Shown in pieces: positions 39,697-49,916 of a DNA stretch of 64,000 nucleotides. Numbering within the stretch: position 1 is the first letter of the stretch; each line of letters opens with the position of its first letter. A program made the translations under genes and the position numbers. The notes beneath the pieces were generated by a model. That model saw only the letters and a list, made by a program, of their open reading frames with translations, had not been told where the DNA came from and did no database searches. This DNA is from an uncultured bacterium (lineage in GTDB: Bacteria > Fidelibacterota > Marinisomatia > SCGC-AAA003-L08 > GCA-2689995), in the NCBI GenBank assembly GCA_964529325.1, contig CAZGWH010000001.1, positions 66,872 through 130,871 of the forward strand. Direction: 5' to 3'.

Positions 39697-40784
39697 TTTT
39701 TTCACAAAATAAAGATATAGATAATACATCACTATCTATTACCCAAAAAAGGTGGATGAAATTTAAATCCATGAAACGCGGATATTATTCATTAATAATA
39801 ATCATTTTTCTATATACAATTTCATGGGTACTCCCCGTATTAGTAAATAATAAAGCCATAATTATTAGCTATAATAATAAAATTCATTTTCCTGCATTTC
39901 ATGATTTTAGTTTAATCCCAGATAAAATTTTCTTAGGCAATGATTTTGGACAAGATAAACCAGGTGAAGCTGATTATATTAAACTTCAACAAAGATGGGA
40001 AAATGAAAATAGCGACAATTGGTTAATTATGCCACTTTATCCTCATAATCCATTAAGTGATATAAATGCAGGAAATAAAATGTTTGAAGCTCCATTTGGG
40101 CAGGGGAACCATATATTAGGAACGGATGATACTGGAAGAGATGTATTTTCTAGACTATTATATGCATTTAATATTTCAATTACATTTGCACTTATTTTAA
40201 CTGTACTTAACTATATAATTGGGATTTCAATTGGTGGTTCGATGGGGTATTTTGGAGGAAAATTTGATCTATTTTTTCAACGAATAATCGAAATTTGGTC
40301 CACTCTTCCCCTCCTCTTTGTAATCATTATTATTGCCTCTATTGTTAGACCTAATTTTGCTGTGTTAATTGGAATTTACTTACTTGTTAATTGGATTGGT
40401 ATGACCTATTTAATGCGTGCCGAATTTTATAGAGAAAAATCAAAAGATTATGTCGCGGCAGCAATATCTATGGGACAAAATAATAAAACAATTATTTTCA
40501 AACATATACTTCCAAATTCACTTGTTCCAATTATCACCTATTTTCCTTTTAGTATTATTGCTGGAATCGGTGCACTTGTTTCATTAGACTATTTAGGTTT
40601 TGGTATGCCTCCACCTACTCCAAGTTGGGGACAAATGTTAGATGTAGGTCTTCAAAATATTTCAAAGTGGTGGATGGTATTTGCACCTGTTGGGGCTCAA
40701 TTTATTACATTATTATTAATTGTTTTTATTGGTGAAGGTATAAGGGAAGCCTTTGACCCTAAAGTTCATTCAAGGTTAAGATAA
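39693..40784 (+). CDS. Peptide ABC transporter permease (DppC/OppC/YejE-like)
   Basis: Contains HILGTDDTGRDVFSRLLY, characteristic of OppC/DppC, and DYVAAAISMG in the EAA loop. Confidence 0.85.
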   Translation: MIFSQNKDIDNTSLSITQKRWMKFKSMKRGYYSLIIIIFLYTISWVLPVLVNNKAIIISYNNKIHFPAFHDFSLIPDKIFLGNDFGQDKPGEADYIKLQQRWENENSDNWLIMPLYPHNPLSDINAGNKMFEAPFGQGNHILGTDDTGRDVFSRLLYAFNISITFALILTVLNYIIGISIGGSMGYFGGKFDLFFQRIIEIWSTLPLLFVIIIIASIVRPNFAVLIGIYLLVNWIGMTYLMRAEFYREKSKDYVAAAISMGQNNKTIIFKHILPNSLVPIITYFPFSIIAGIGALVSLDYLGFGMPPPTPSWGQMLDVGLQNISKWWMVFAPVGAQFITLLLIVFIGEGIREAFDPKVHSRLR

Positions 40785-42253
40785 TGAAAAAATTAGTTCA
40801 AATAAAAAACCTGATTACCCGATTCAAAGTTGGCAAACAATGGGCAACAGCTGTTCGCGGTGTTGATCTCGATATTTATGAAGGAGAAACCTTAGGGATT
40901 GTTGGTGAATCTGGATCAGGGAAATCAGTTTCTGTTTTATCATTAATTCAATTAATTCCTAACCCTCCAGGTGAAGTATCAAATGGTGAAATTTTATTTA
41001 AAGGTGATAAAATATTCGATGGAGATGAATATAATAATATAAAAAAACTCCCTCAATTTAATTATTTTATAAACCTCAAAGGGTACCCTCGTGCAATTAT
41101 TACATTATTATCAATAGTTCTATATACAACTATTCAATTTCAATTCAATTTTTTATTTCTCATTCATTCGATTTTACTGGGGTTAGGGGTCTATTTGACT
41201 GTTAGAATATTTTATTCTTCTCCATATAATTCAGAATTGAATAAATGGCGTAAAAAATTCTTTCATCAAATGAGAAATTTAAGAGGTGATGAAATTGCAA
41301 TGATATTCCAGGAACCAATGACATCTCTAAACCCTGTGTTTACAATTGGATTTCAAATTATCGAATCAATTCGCCCTCTTTCAATCTTGGAATATATAAA
41401 GAATGGGATAATCAATAGTGCTGAAAAGAAATTATCAAAATCAATAAATGAACATTTAAAACCTACCATGGTTTTTGGAATTATTTTTATTGCATTAAGC
41501 CAACTTTCACTGGGTTGGTCATTCAGAATATTTGATATAGTGAAATTTTATTTAATCGGTTCATTTATCCCCATACTTCATTCTATATTAATAGTTATTT
41601 TTTATAAATTAATTTCACAAAATACAATTGATGATTTAAAGAATTTATATGCAGAAGGTGCTAAATTATTAGAAACGGTTGGAATACCCGATCCTATATT
41701 GAGAATGGATGATTACCCTCACCAATTTTCAGGAGGAATGCGTCAACGAGCAATGATTGCAATGGCACTTGCAAAAAAGCCATCTCTATTAATTGCCGAT
41801 GAACCAACAACAGCACTAGATGTTACAATTCAAGCTCAAATTTTAAATCTAATGACTGATTTAAAAGAAATCAATCCTGAGTCTGCTGTTGTATTAATAA
41901 CTCATGATTTAGCAGTTGTTGCAGAAACTTGTGATAGAGTTGTAGTTATGTACGGTGGAATGATTCAAGAAGTTGCATCTGTTGATGAATTATTTGCAAA
42001 TCCAAAACATCCATATACACATGGCTTACTTAATTCAATTCCAAGGCCAAACAAGACTAATAAAAAGAAAAGGCTTGAAACGATTGATGGTATGGTCCCT
42101 AGTATTTTAGAAATGCCAATTGGTTGTAAATTTTGTACTCGATGTGACATAAAAATAGATATTTGTGATACTAAAGAACCACCATTAATTGATATTGGAA
42201 ATAATCATTTCATTAGATGTCATGAAATTGAAACTCAACAAAGTGTAGCATAA
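40784..42253 (+). CDS. Peptide ABC transporter ATP-binding protein (OppD/DppD-like) carrying two hydrophobic insertions
   Basis: Walker A GESGSGKS, Q-loop MIFQEPMTSLNP, signature FSGGMRQR, Walker B LLIADEPTTALD, and a C-terminal oligopeptide-type Cys motif. It is 489 aa because of inserts at about residues 85-160 and 197-285. Confidence 0.8.
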   Translation: MKKLVQIKNLITRFKVGKQWATAVRGVDLDIYEGETLGIVGESGSGKSVSVLSLIQLIPNPPGEVSNGEILFKGDKIFDGDEYNNIKKLPQFNYFINLKGYPRAIITLLSIVLYTTIQFQFNFLFLIHSILLGLGVYLTVRIFYSSPYNSELNKWRKKFFHQMRNLRGDEIAMIFQEPMTSLNPVFTIGFQIIESIRPLSILEYIKNGIINSAEKKLSKSINEHLKPTMVFGIIFIALSQLSLGWSFRIFDIVKFYLIGSFIPILHSILIVIFYKLISQNTIDDLKNLYAEGAKLLETVGIPDPILRMDDYPHQFSGGMRQRAMIAMALAKKPSLLIADEPTTALDVTIQAQILNLMTDLKEINPESAVVLITHDLAVVAETCDRVVVMYGGMIQEVASVDELFANPKHPYTHGLLNSIPRPNKTNKKKRLETIDGMVPSILEMPIGCKFCTRCDIKIDICDTKEPPLIDIGNNHFIRCHEIETQQSVA

Positions 42254-42255
42254 TT

Positions 42256-43269
42256 ATGAAAAATAATACATTAGTAGAAGTAAATAATTTAAAAGTACAC
42301 TTCCCTGTTTACGGTGGAATTCTTTCAAAAATTGTAGCAACAGTAAAAGCAGTTGACGGGATTACATTTTCAATAAATGAAAAAGAAACAATCGGATTAG
42401 TTGGAGAATCAGGCTGTGGTAAAACAACTGTTGGCCGTGCAATGATTAATATTTTAAAACATGTTTCACCAGATGTTGAAATATCAGGAAACATAAATTA
42501 TTATCTAAATGGTGTTGAAGCTGATTTTGTAAAAATACCACCAAAGAAAATGAAAAAGTATAGGTCTGATGTACAAATGATTTTTCAAGATCCATATGCA
42601 TCATTAAATCCACGAATGACGGTTAAACAAATTATTGGTGAACCACTCCAAATTCATACAAAATTATCATCAAAAGAAATTCAAGAAAAAGTGATTTGGC
42701 TTCTTGAAAAAGTTGGCTTACAACCTGAACAGGCAAACCGATTTCCACATGAATTTTCAGGCGGCCAAAGACAAAGAATTGGAATTGCGAGAGCACTTGC
42801 AACAAATCCAAAATTAATTATTTGTGATGAACCCGTGTCTGCTCTGGATGTATCCATCCAGGCACAAGTCATAAATTTAATGATGGATTTACAAGAAGAA
42901 TTTAATTTATCGTATCTATTTATTGCCCATGATTTAAGTGTTGTTGAACATATTTCAGATAAAATAATTGTAATGTATTTAGGGAATATTGTTGAAATTG
43001 GGTCTAGTTCAGAAATATATCACCACCCTAAACACCCTTATACAAAAGCACTTATTTCTGCAGTTCCTGAGCCTGATCCTGCAAATAAAAATAAGAAAAG
43101 AATAATTTTAAAAGGTGATATACCAACGCCAATGAATAAACCGTCAGGATGTGCATTTAGAACTCGTTGCCCAATAACAAAACCTGAATGTGCAATTGAG
43201 ATACCACAATTAATAGATGTTGAAAATGGACATTTAGTCGCCTGTCAATTTTATAATGAAGAATTTTAA
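42256..43269 (+). CDS. Peptide ABC transporter ATP-binding protein (OppF/DppF-like)
   Basis: Walker A GESGCGKTT, signature FSGGQRQR, Walker B LIICDEPVSALD, and HPKHPYTKALISAVP. Confidence 0.9.
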   Translation: MKNNTLVEVNNLKVHFPVYGGILSKIVATVKAVDGITFSINEKETIGLVGESGCGKTTVGRAMINILKHVSPDVEISGNINYYLNGVEADFVKIPPKKMKKYRSDVQMIFQDPYASLNPRMTVKQIIGEPLQIHTKLSSKEIQEKVIWLLEKVGLQPEQANRFPHEFSGGQRQRIGIARALATNPKLIICDEPVSALDVSIQAQVINLMMDLQEEFNLSYLFIAHDLSVVEHISDKIIVMYLGNIVEIGSSSEIYHHPKHPYTKALISAVPEPDPANKNKKRIILKGDIPTPMNKPSGCAFRTRCPITKPECAIEIPQLIDVENGHLVACQFYNEEF

Positions 43270-43352
43270 ATTGATATATTGGAATTCAAAAGTGAATGAA
43301 CTTAATATATTATCTTCCCTATTTATAAATAAAAAGCAATAGGAGTAAACAA

Positions 43353-44027
43353 ATGGATGAATTATTAAAAGATATTATCTTATTCTCTAGTTTATCAGAC
43401 AAAGAATTAGGTCGAATTGAGCAAGTAATGACTGTAAAAACTTTTCCAAAAAATAGTATGATTGTTTTGGAAGAAGAATATGGTGATACTGTATATATTG
43501 TTCGTAAAGGAACAATTAAAATAACACGGCTAAATGACGAAGGTAAAGAAGTAATCTTAGCATTAATGGGATTGGGCGAATTCTTTGGTGAATTATCTGC
43601 TTTAGATGGTGAAGCACGCTCAGCAAATGCGTTGGCTCAAGAAGAATGTCAACTTTATTTATTACATCGTACAGATTTTATACATTTATTACAACATAAT
43701 AATAGAATTGCTTTTACTCTTTTATCTGAATTAGCAAAGCGAATTCGACATTCAGACCAACAAATTGAAGCACTTTCATTAGATGATGCTGAACATCGAA
43801 TCGGTGTGTGTATATTAAACCTTGCTGAAGATAATGGTGTAATTCGAAAAGGTAACGTTACAATTCAAAAACTACCCTTTCAACAAGATATTGCTAATAT
43901 TGCAGGTACTTCACGAGAAACAGTTTCTCGTGTATTAAAATTGTTGGAAGAAAAAGGATTAGTTATTAAAAATGGACACACATTAACTATTCCAAATTAT
44001 GTTTATTATAAAAAAATATTCGGGTAA
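43353..44027 (+). CDS. Crp/Fnr-family transcriptional regulator
   Basis: 224 aa with a cNMP-binding fold (FFGELSALDGEARSANA) and a C-terminal HTH (IANIAGTSRETVSRVLKLLEEKG). AGGAG RBS upstream. Confidence 0.85.
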   Translation: MDELLKDIILFSSLSDKELGRIEQVMTVKTFPKNSMIVLEEEYGDTVYIVRKGTIKITRLNDEGKEVILALMGLGEFFGELSALDGEARSANALAQEECQLYLLHRTDFIHLLQHNNRIAFTLLSELAKRIRHSDQQIEALSLDDAEHRIGVCILNLAEDNGVIRKGNVTIQKLPFQQDIANIAGTSRETVSRVLKLLEEKGLVIKNGHTLTIPNYVYYKKIFG

Positions 44028-44042
44028 TATTTTTTATTCAAT

Positions 44043-44981
44043 ATGTCAAAAATAAATGAATTAATATCGGGTATATTAAGCCACAATACACTTGATATTG
44101 CAAAAGCAATTTCAATAGTTGAAAATAACACAATTGAAAGCCATTCACTTCTTTCTGAAATTTATCAATATACTGGTAAAGCACATCGCATCGGAATTAC
44201 AGGACCTCCTGGTTCAGGAAAAAGTACACTTACAGATTGTTTAATTAAATCATTTACAGATTTAGGTAAATCTGTGGCGATTATTGGTATAGATCCAAGT
44301 AGCCCATTTACGGATGGAGCATTTTTAGGCGATAGAATAAGAATGATGAAGCATTTTGAAAATCAAAATGTTTTTATTAGAAGTATGGCTACACGAGGAA
44401 GTTTAGGTGGATTAGCAAATAAAAGTCGTGAAGTTGCGGATATTTTTGATGCTTCAGGATTTGATGTTATTATTTTTGAAACGGTTGGAGTTGGTCAAAT
44501 AGAATTAGATGTAATGAATGCAACCGACTCAATTCTCGTTGTTCTTGTACCTGAATCTGGTGATGATATTCAAATGATGAAATCTGGATTAATGGAAATT
44601 GCTGATTTATTTGTAATTAACAAAGCAGATAGAGATGGCACAAACAAATTATATATTGCTTTAAATCAAGTATTATCTCTTCGAAATAAGAATTCTGATT
44701 GGTCACCACTTATCCAAAAAACGATAGCAACAAGAACTGAAGGCATAAAAGAATTAACCGAAGAAATATTAAATCACTTTAACATTATTTCCAATAACGG
44801 TGAACTAAATTATAAATCTGAAAAAAGATATTCTCATTTAACCCAACAATTAATATCACAAAAACAAAGAATTGAGTTTTGGGACGAGAAAAAGAAAAAT
44901 GCATTAACTGAACAATTAAAAATGCCAATTACAGAACGGAAATCTCCATATCAATTATCTGATGAAATGTATAATAAATGA
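44043..44981 (+). CDS. meaB: MeaB/ArgK-type G3E GTPase (methylmalonyl-CoA mutase accessory protein)
   Basis: Contains GITGPPGSGKSTL, GIDPSSPFTDGAFLGDRIRM, ETVGVGQ and NKADR. Confidence 0.85.
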   Translation: MSKINELISGILSHNTLDIAKAISIVENNTIESHSLLSEIYQYTGKAHRIGITGPPGSGKSTLTDCLIKSFTDLGKSVAIIGIDPSSPFTDGAFLGDRIRMMKHFENQNVFIRSMATRGSLGGLANKSREVADIFDASGFDVIIFETVGVGQIELDVMNATDSILVVLVPESGDDIQMMKSGLMEIADLFVINKADRDGTNKLYIALNQVLSLRNKNSDWSPLIQKTIATRTEGIKELTEEILNHFNIISNNGELNYKSEKRYSHLTQQLISQKQRIEFWDEKKKNALTEQLKMPITERKSPYQLSDEMYNK

Positions 44982-45706
44982 GCGATCCAAATAAACTTGC
45001 ATTTTGGGACCATTTAGAAGAATTACGTTGGAGATTATTTAAAGGTATATTTGCAATTGTTATTTTTTCTATAATTTCATTTAACTATTCTGATAAATTA
45101 ATGGAAATATTAATATCCCCTACCACCCAGTTAAATGTTAAACTAAACCTTCAGGTATTAAAGGTAACTAGCATGTTTACAATTAAGTTAACTTTAGCTT
45201 TAATGAGTGGTATTATATGTTCAATTCCTTTTTTAATATATCAATTTTGGCGTTTTATTTCCCCAGCTATGGAAGGGAATTATACAATACAAGTGCTGGG
45301 TATTGTACTTTTTTCGTCATTTTTCTTTTTTGGTGGGATATTTTTTGCATATTCAATAATCATTCCCTATTCATTATCTTTTTTTACATCCATGACTTTT
45401 CAAAATTTCCCTGTAAATTATAATTATACTTTAGATGGTTATTTAAGCTATATTTTGTGGCTTATTTTAACCTGCGGTATATTATTTCAACTACCTGTAG
45501 TAACATTCTTTTTTTCTAAAATGGGTTTGCTAACCCCTGCATTCCTTCGTCATTATCGAAAATATGTATTTGTATTCTTTTTAATTTTGGCCGCGATTCT
45601 TACTCCGCCAGACCCATTAAGTCAAATATTAATCGTGATTCCACTCATAATTTTATATGAATTTAGTATATTAATGTCCTGGATGATTCATCGGAAAAGT
45701 TCATGA
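44978..45706 (+). CDS. tatC: Twin-arginine translocase subunit TatC
   Basis: 242 aa with six TM helices. Contains FWDHLEELRWRL and TPPDPLSQ motifs. Confidence 0.9.
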   Translation: MSDPNKLAFWDHLEELRWRLFKGIFAIVIFSIISFNYSDKLMEILISPTTQLNVKLNLQVLKVTSMFTIKLTLALMSGIICSIPFLIYQFWRFISPAMEGNYTIQVLGIVLFSSFFFFGGIFFAYSIIIPYSLSFFTSMTFQNFPVNYNYTLDGYLSYILWLILTCGILFQLPVVTFFFSKMGLLTPAFLRHYRKYVFVFFLILAAILTPPDPLSQILIVIPLIILYEFSILMSWMIHRKSS

Positions 45707-46689
45707 ATTCATTAAATAATGTAATTTATAATATATCTACATTAATTAATGACGATTTCAAACAATTTGAAGAAACTTATTCTAAATCATTAAACTCAAA
45801 TGTAAAATTAATTAATAAAGTAATTAATTATATTTCAAAAAAAAAGGGAAAACAGCTCCGCCCTATTCTCACTTTATTATGTGCGCGAATTTCAGGTACT
45901 CCAACATCAAACACATACTATGCAGCTGCATTAGTCGAAATACTCCATGTTGCAACTCTCATTCATGACGATGTTGTTGATGAAGCAGATATTAGAAGAA
46001 AATGGCCTTCTATAAATAGAATTTGGAAAAATAAAATTGCAATATTAGTGGGTGATTATATGTTTTCAAAAGCTTTATCAAATATGATTCACTTACGAAA
46101 CTTTGATGCACTTGAATTACTTTCATCTACGGCTGAAAGACTAAGTCAAGGTGAAATTTTACAAATAGAAAAAGCATTAAAAAAAGATATGACTGAAGAA
46201 ATTTATTACGAAATGATTGGTGATAAAACAGCAAGCCTTTTTTCTTCTGCATGTAAACTTGGTGCAATTTCGGTAAATGCAACACCTGAACAGCAAGAAG
46301 CATTATTTAAATTTGGAGAATACCTGGGTATTGCTTTTCAAATAAAAGATGATTTATTTGATATAATTGGTAAACTTGATGAAGTTGGTAAACCAATTGG
46401 TTTTGATGTAAAAAAAAACATGCTCACGCTACCTTTTATACATCTACTGAGGGAAATTGATAAAAAAAATAAAAAAAGTATTTTAAGAAAAATAAAATAT
46501 CATGCAAAAAAAAATGAACTCGATAAAATAAAATCAATAATAAAAACTTCAGGAAGTTTAAGTTATTCAAAAAAACAATTAAACAGATTTACAAATAAAG
46601 CAAAAGATTCATTAGACTTATTCAATGAATCACCAGAAAAATTAGCATTAATAGAATTATTAAATTTTAATTTAAATCGAAAATATTGA
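45703..46689 (+). CDS. ispB: Polyprenyl diphosphate synthase (octaprenyl-type)
   Basis: First DDxxD in LIHDDVVDEAD, second in IKDDLFD. 328 aa. Confidence 0.8.
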   Translation: MNSLNNVIYNISTLINDDFKQFEETYSKSLNSNVKLINKVINYISKKKGKQLRPILTLLCARISGTPTSNTYYAAALVEILHVATLIHDDVVDEADIRRKWPSINRIWKNKIAILVGDYMFSKALSNMIHLRNFDALELLSSTAERLSQGEILQIEKALKKDMTEEIYYEMIGDKTASLFSSACKLGAISVNATPEQQEALFKFGEYLGIAFQIKDDLFDIIGKLDEVGKPIGFDVKKNMLTLPFIHLLREIDKKNKKSILRKIKYHAKKNELDKIKSIIKTSGSLSYSKKQLNRFTNKAKDSLDLFNESPEKLALIELLNFNLNRKY

Positions 46690-47330
46690 TAAAATTCAAA
46701 CGCAATAAACAGAGAATAAAGAGAAAACGCTTTGCAACTCGCGAAGACAGAATAATAACTATTGCCAATGGTATAAGTATTAGCCGAATGATTTTGTCAG
46801 TTCCACTAGTCTATTATTTAGATAAAGACAATCTACCGATGGCAATGGCTTTAATTGGAATAATTATTTTCACTGATTTACTTGATGGTTGGATCGCACG
46901 AAAAGCAGATGAAATTACACATTTTGGGAAATTAATTGACCCTGTTGCAGACAAAGTTTGCATGATGATGGTTGTTATATTTCTTGTTTTTAAAATTGGT
47001 CTTCCAATGCTATTATTCTTTTTTATATTAGCGATTAGAGACATTATACTTATCACCATGGGCATTTATTTAATGTTCAAACAAAATAGGGTATTTGCAT
47101 CTAATAAAACAGGGAAATGGTTTATATTCACAACATCACTTATGGTATTAAGTTTTGTATTCTATTCAAGTGAATCTATTAGTGTTACATATATAGGTTT
47201 ACTCAGTATAATTTCATATACATTATATTTTATTTCAATAATTTTATTTATTTTCAGTTCATATTTTTATTTTAAAAGATATATGAAAAATTTCAAAGAT
47301 TTAAAAGGATCGAATGTTCTCACTATTTAA
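46686..47330 (+). CDS. CDP-alcohol phosphatidyltransferase (PgsA-like)
   Basis: TTG start overlapping the ispB stop. Contains the motif D(x2)DG(x2)AR(x8)G(x3)D(x3)D as DLLDGWIARKADEITHFGKLIDPVAD. Confidence 0.75.
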   Translation: MIKFKRNKQRIKRKRFATREDRIITIANGISISRMILSVPLVYYLDKDNLPMAMALIGIIIFTDLLDGWIARKADEITHFGKLIDPVADKVCMMMVVIFLVFKIGLPMLLFFFILAIRDIILITMGIYLMFKQNRVFASNKTGKWFIFTTSLMVLSFVFYSSESISVTYIGLLSIISYTLYFISIILFIFSSYFYFKRYMKNFKDLKGSNVLTI

Positions 47331-48213
47331 AAAAACAATTCAAGGATTAACTAAAACTAGAAATAAAATTAAATATGCTTTTGGCTCTTTAATTGGGAAA
47401 AAGTATTTATCCGATGATGATCTTGAAATGCTTGAAGATTGTCTAATTCAAGCAGATTTAGGGTGGGAAACTACGGATGTAATTATTGACGAATTAAAAA
47501 AGCCTTCTTCTAATTCAAAAAACTGGGAAGAACAATTTAATTCCATTCTAAAAAATTTATTAGAAAATTCACCTAAACAAAAACCATTTGCACAAGTTCT
47601 CATGATTGTTGGCATAAATGGAACTGGTAAAACAACTACATCGGCAAAAATGTCTGCTTGGTTTAAGGAGAAGGGTGAAAATACTTTATTAGTTGCTGCA
47701 GATACATATCGTGCAGCTGCAGTTGAACAACTTCGACAATGGTCTAATAAATTAGGCTTCCAATTGGTAGCAAATGAAAAATCAGCAGATCCCGCTTCAA
47801 TTGCTTTTGATGGAGTAACGAGTGGAATAACAAAAAATATTGATAGAATAATCATCGATACTGCCGGTCGCTTACATAATTCTGAAAATTTAATGCAAGA
47901 ACTCGTAAAAATAAAAAAAGTAGTAAACAGAATTACAAAAGATATTCAAATATTCTTAACCATTGATGCAAATACAGGTCAAAATGCAATGACTCAAGCT
48001 AAAGAATTTTCAAAATACATTCCAATTGATGGAATTATTCTAACAAAAATGGATGGGACGGCAAAAGGTGGAATCGCAATTCCAATAATGTTAGAGTTGG
48101 GATTACCAGTATATTTCATAGGAGTGGGTGAACAAGCGAATGATTTAATTTTATTTGATCAAGAATCATATTTAAATGGATTAATTTCAGAGAAAGAATC
48201 AATTAAAATATAA
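47314..48213 (+). CDS. ftsY: Signal recognition particle receptor FtsY
   Basis: 299 aa. Contains GINGTGKTTT, DTAGR and TKMDGTAKGG. Confidence 0.9.
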   Translation: MFSLFKKTIQGLTKTRNKIKYAFGSLIGKKYLSDDDLEMLEDCLIQADLGWETTDVIIDELKKPSSNSKNWEEQFNSILKNLLENSPKQKPFAQVLMIVGINGTGKTTTSAKMSAWFKEKGENTLLVAADTYRAAAVEQLRQWSNKLGFQLVANEKSADPASIAFDGVTSGITKNIDRIIIDTAGRLHNSENLMQELVKIKKVVNRITKDIQIFLTIDANTGQNAMTQAKEFSKYIPIDGIILTKMDGTAKGGIAIPIMLELGLPVYFIGVGEQANDLILFDQESYLNGLISEKESIKI

Positions 48214-49500
48214 ATGAAAAATATTAATTTAATTAGTTTAGGATGTGCAAAGAATTTAGTTGACTCTGAAATTCTACTCGGAGGGCTAAAAAAATCAAAC
48301 TTTAATATTGTAGATAATTCCAAAAATGCAGATATTGTAATTGTAAATACATGTGGTTTTTTAGATTCTGCAAGAGATGAATCTGTAGATGTAATTTTAG
48401 AAGCAGGTGAGTTAAGAAGTAAAGGTAAAATTGATCAATTAGTTGTAATGGGATGTTTTTCTGAGCGATATGACAATGATTTAAAAAAAGAAATTCCTGA
48501 AGTTGATGCATTTTTTGGTACAAGTGATCATGCAAAAATTATATCCTTTTTAACAGGTGAAGAATATGTTAAATCTGATCCCGATTACTTTAGGTCATTA
48601 CTAACTCCTAAACATTATGCCTATTTAAAAATTGCTGAAGGTTGTGATAATGGCTGTTCTTTTTGCTCAATCCCATTAATGAGAGGATTACAAATAAGTC
48701 GATCTATCGAAGCAAATGTGGAAGAAGCAAGAAGATTGGGAAAGCAAGGTGTAAAAGAAATTTTAGTTATAGGTCAGGATACAACTTCCTATGGGTGGGA
48801 TTTAAATCCAAAAGCATCTTTACATGAATTAATGGATAAATTAAATAAAATAGATGAAATTGATTGGATTCGTTTACACTATGCACACCCAGCCCATTTG
48901 CACAGAGAAATGATTGCCCGTTTTGGGAAATTAGAAAAATTATTACCCTATATTGATATGCCAATTCAACATGCTTCAACTAAATTATTAAAATCAATGC
49001 GAAGAGGATTAGGAAAAGATGGCATTTTAAAGCGAATTGAAGCACTTCGAAACGCTTGCCCCAATATTATACTTAGAACATCGATTATAGTTGGATATCC
49101 AGGTGAAACGGAAGAAGATTTTCTAGAATTATATGATTTTATAAAAAAAATAAGGTTTGATCGATTAGGGGTATTTACATACTCTGAAGAAGAAGGAACT
49201 TTTGCAGAAAAACAACTTAAAGACAATATTCTCCAGCAAGTTAAATATGACCGAATGGATAAAATAATGACTATTCAACAGGAAATCAGTTATGAAAATA
49301 ATCAACAACTTATAGGGACCACACAAAAAATAATAATAGACCAACACTTAGATTCTAATGAATCAATAGGCCGTTCATTTAGAGACTCTCCAGAAGTTGA
49401 TAACTTATTTCGAATTGATGGATTGCACCCAGTAGGTGAATTTATAAATGCAAAAGTAATATCTGCATCTGAATATGAAATAATATGTACAAAAGTTTAA
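48214..49500 (+). CDS. rimO: Ribosomal protein S12 methylthiotransferase RimO
   Basis: N-terminal ISLGCAKNLVDSE, NTCGF, radical-SAM CDNGCSFC, and a C-terminal TRAM-like region. 428 aa. Confidence 0.85.
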   Translation: MKNINLISLGCAKNLVDSEILLGGLKKSNFNIVDNSKNADIVIVNTCGFLDSARDESVDVILEAGELRSKGKIDQLVVMGCFSERYDNDLKKEIPEVDAFFGTSDHAKIISFLTGEEYVKSDPDYFRSLLTPKHYAYLKIAEGCDNGCSFCSIPLMRGLQISRSIEANVEEARRLGKQGVKEILVIGQDTTSYGWDLNPKASLHELMDKLNKIDEIDWIRLHYAHPAHLHREMIARFGKLEKLLPYIDMPIQHASTKLLKSMRRGLGKDGILKRIEALRNACPNIILRTSIIVGYPGETEEDFLELYDFIKKIRFDRLGVFTYSEEEGTFAEKQLKDNILQQVKYDRMDKIMTIQQEISYENNQQLIGTTQKIIIDQHLDSNESIGRSFRDSPEVDNLFRIDGLHPVGEFINAKVISASEYEIICTKV

Positions 49501-49501
49501 T

Positions 49502-49912
49502 ATGATAAAAATATTGGGAATAGAGCATATCGGCATTGCTGTAAAAAATCGAGATAAAACATCCAATTTTTTTGAAAATATTCTCGGTATCAAAAACCCA
49601 ATTTTAGAAGAAATTATAGACCAAAAAGTAATTACTGAAATTTTTAATACTTCAAATGGGAAATTAGAATTATTAGAATCCACATCTTTAGAATCACCAA
49701 TACATAAATTTATCGAAAAAAGAGGAAATGCTATTCACCATATTGCATTATCCGTTGAAAATATTGACTTATCTTTAAAATACTTAAAAGAAAAAAATGT
49801 CCAATTAATTGATGAAATTCCTAGAATAGGTGCTGAAGGATTTAAAATTGCATTTATTCACCCTAAAGCAACAGGCGGAATATTAATAGAACTTTGTCAA
49901 AAAAATAAATAA
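49502..49912 (+). CDS. mce: Methylmalonyl-CoA epimerase (VOC/glyoxalase fold)
   Basis: 136 aa. Contains LGIEHIGIAV, IHHIAL and AFIHPKATGGILIEL. Confidence 0.75.
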   Translation: MIKILGIEHIGIAVKNRDKTSNFFENILGIKNPILEEIIDQKVITEIFNTSNGKLELLESTSLESPIHKFIEKRGNAIHHIALSVENIDLSLKYLKEKNVQLIDEIPRIGAEGFKIAFIHPKATGGILIELCQKNK

Positions 49913-49916
49913 TACC

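Noticed and set aside
43270-43352. Possible Crp/Fnr box (TTGAT...ATCAA-like) and a 7-bp AT-only inverted repeat upstream of the crp-family gene
   Set aside because: The half-site spacing does not fit the TTGAT-N4-ATCAA consensus, and the repeat is pure A/T in an AT-rich spacer, so a chance occurrence is likely.
47448-47855. 135-aa minus-strand ORF
   Set aside because: It is antisense to the GTPase core of ftsY (GINGTGKTTT...DTAGR) and has no independent support.
48302-49683. Five minus-strand ORFs of 60-92 aa within rimO and mce
   Set aside because: They give low-complexity Leu/Phe/Ile/His-rich translations opposite well-supported genes, as expected by chance in AT-rich sequence.
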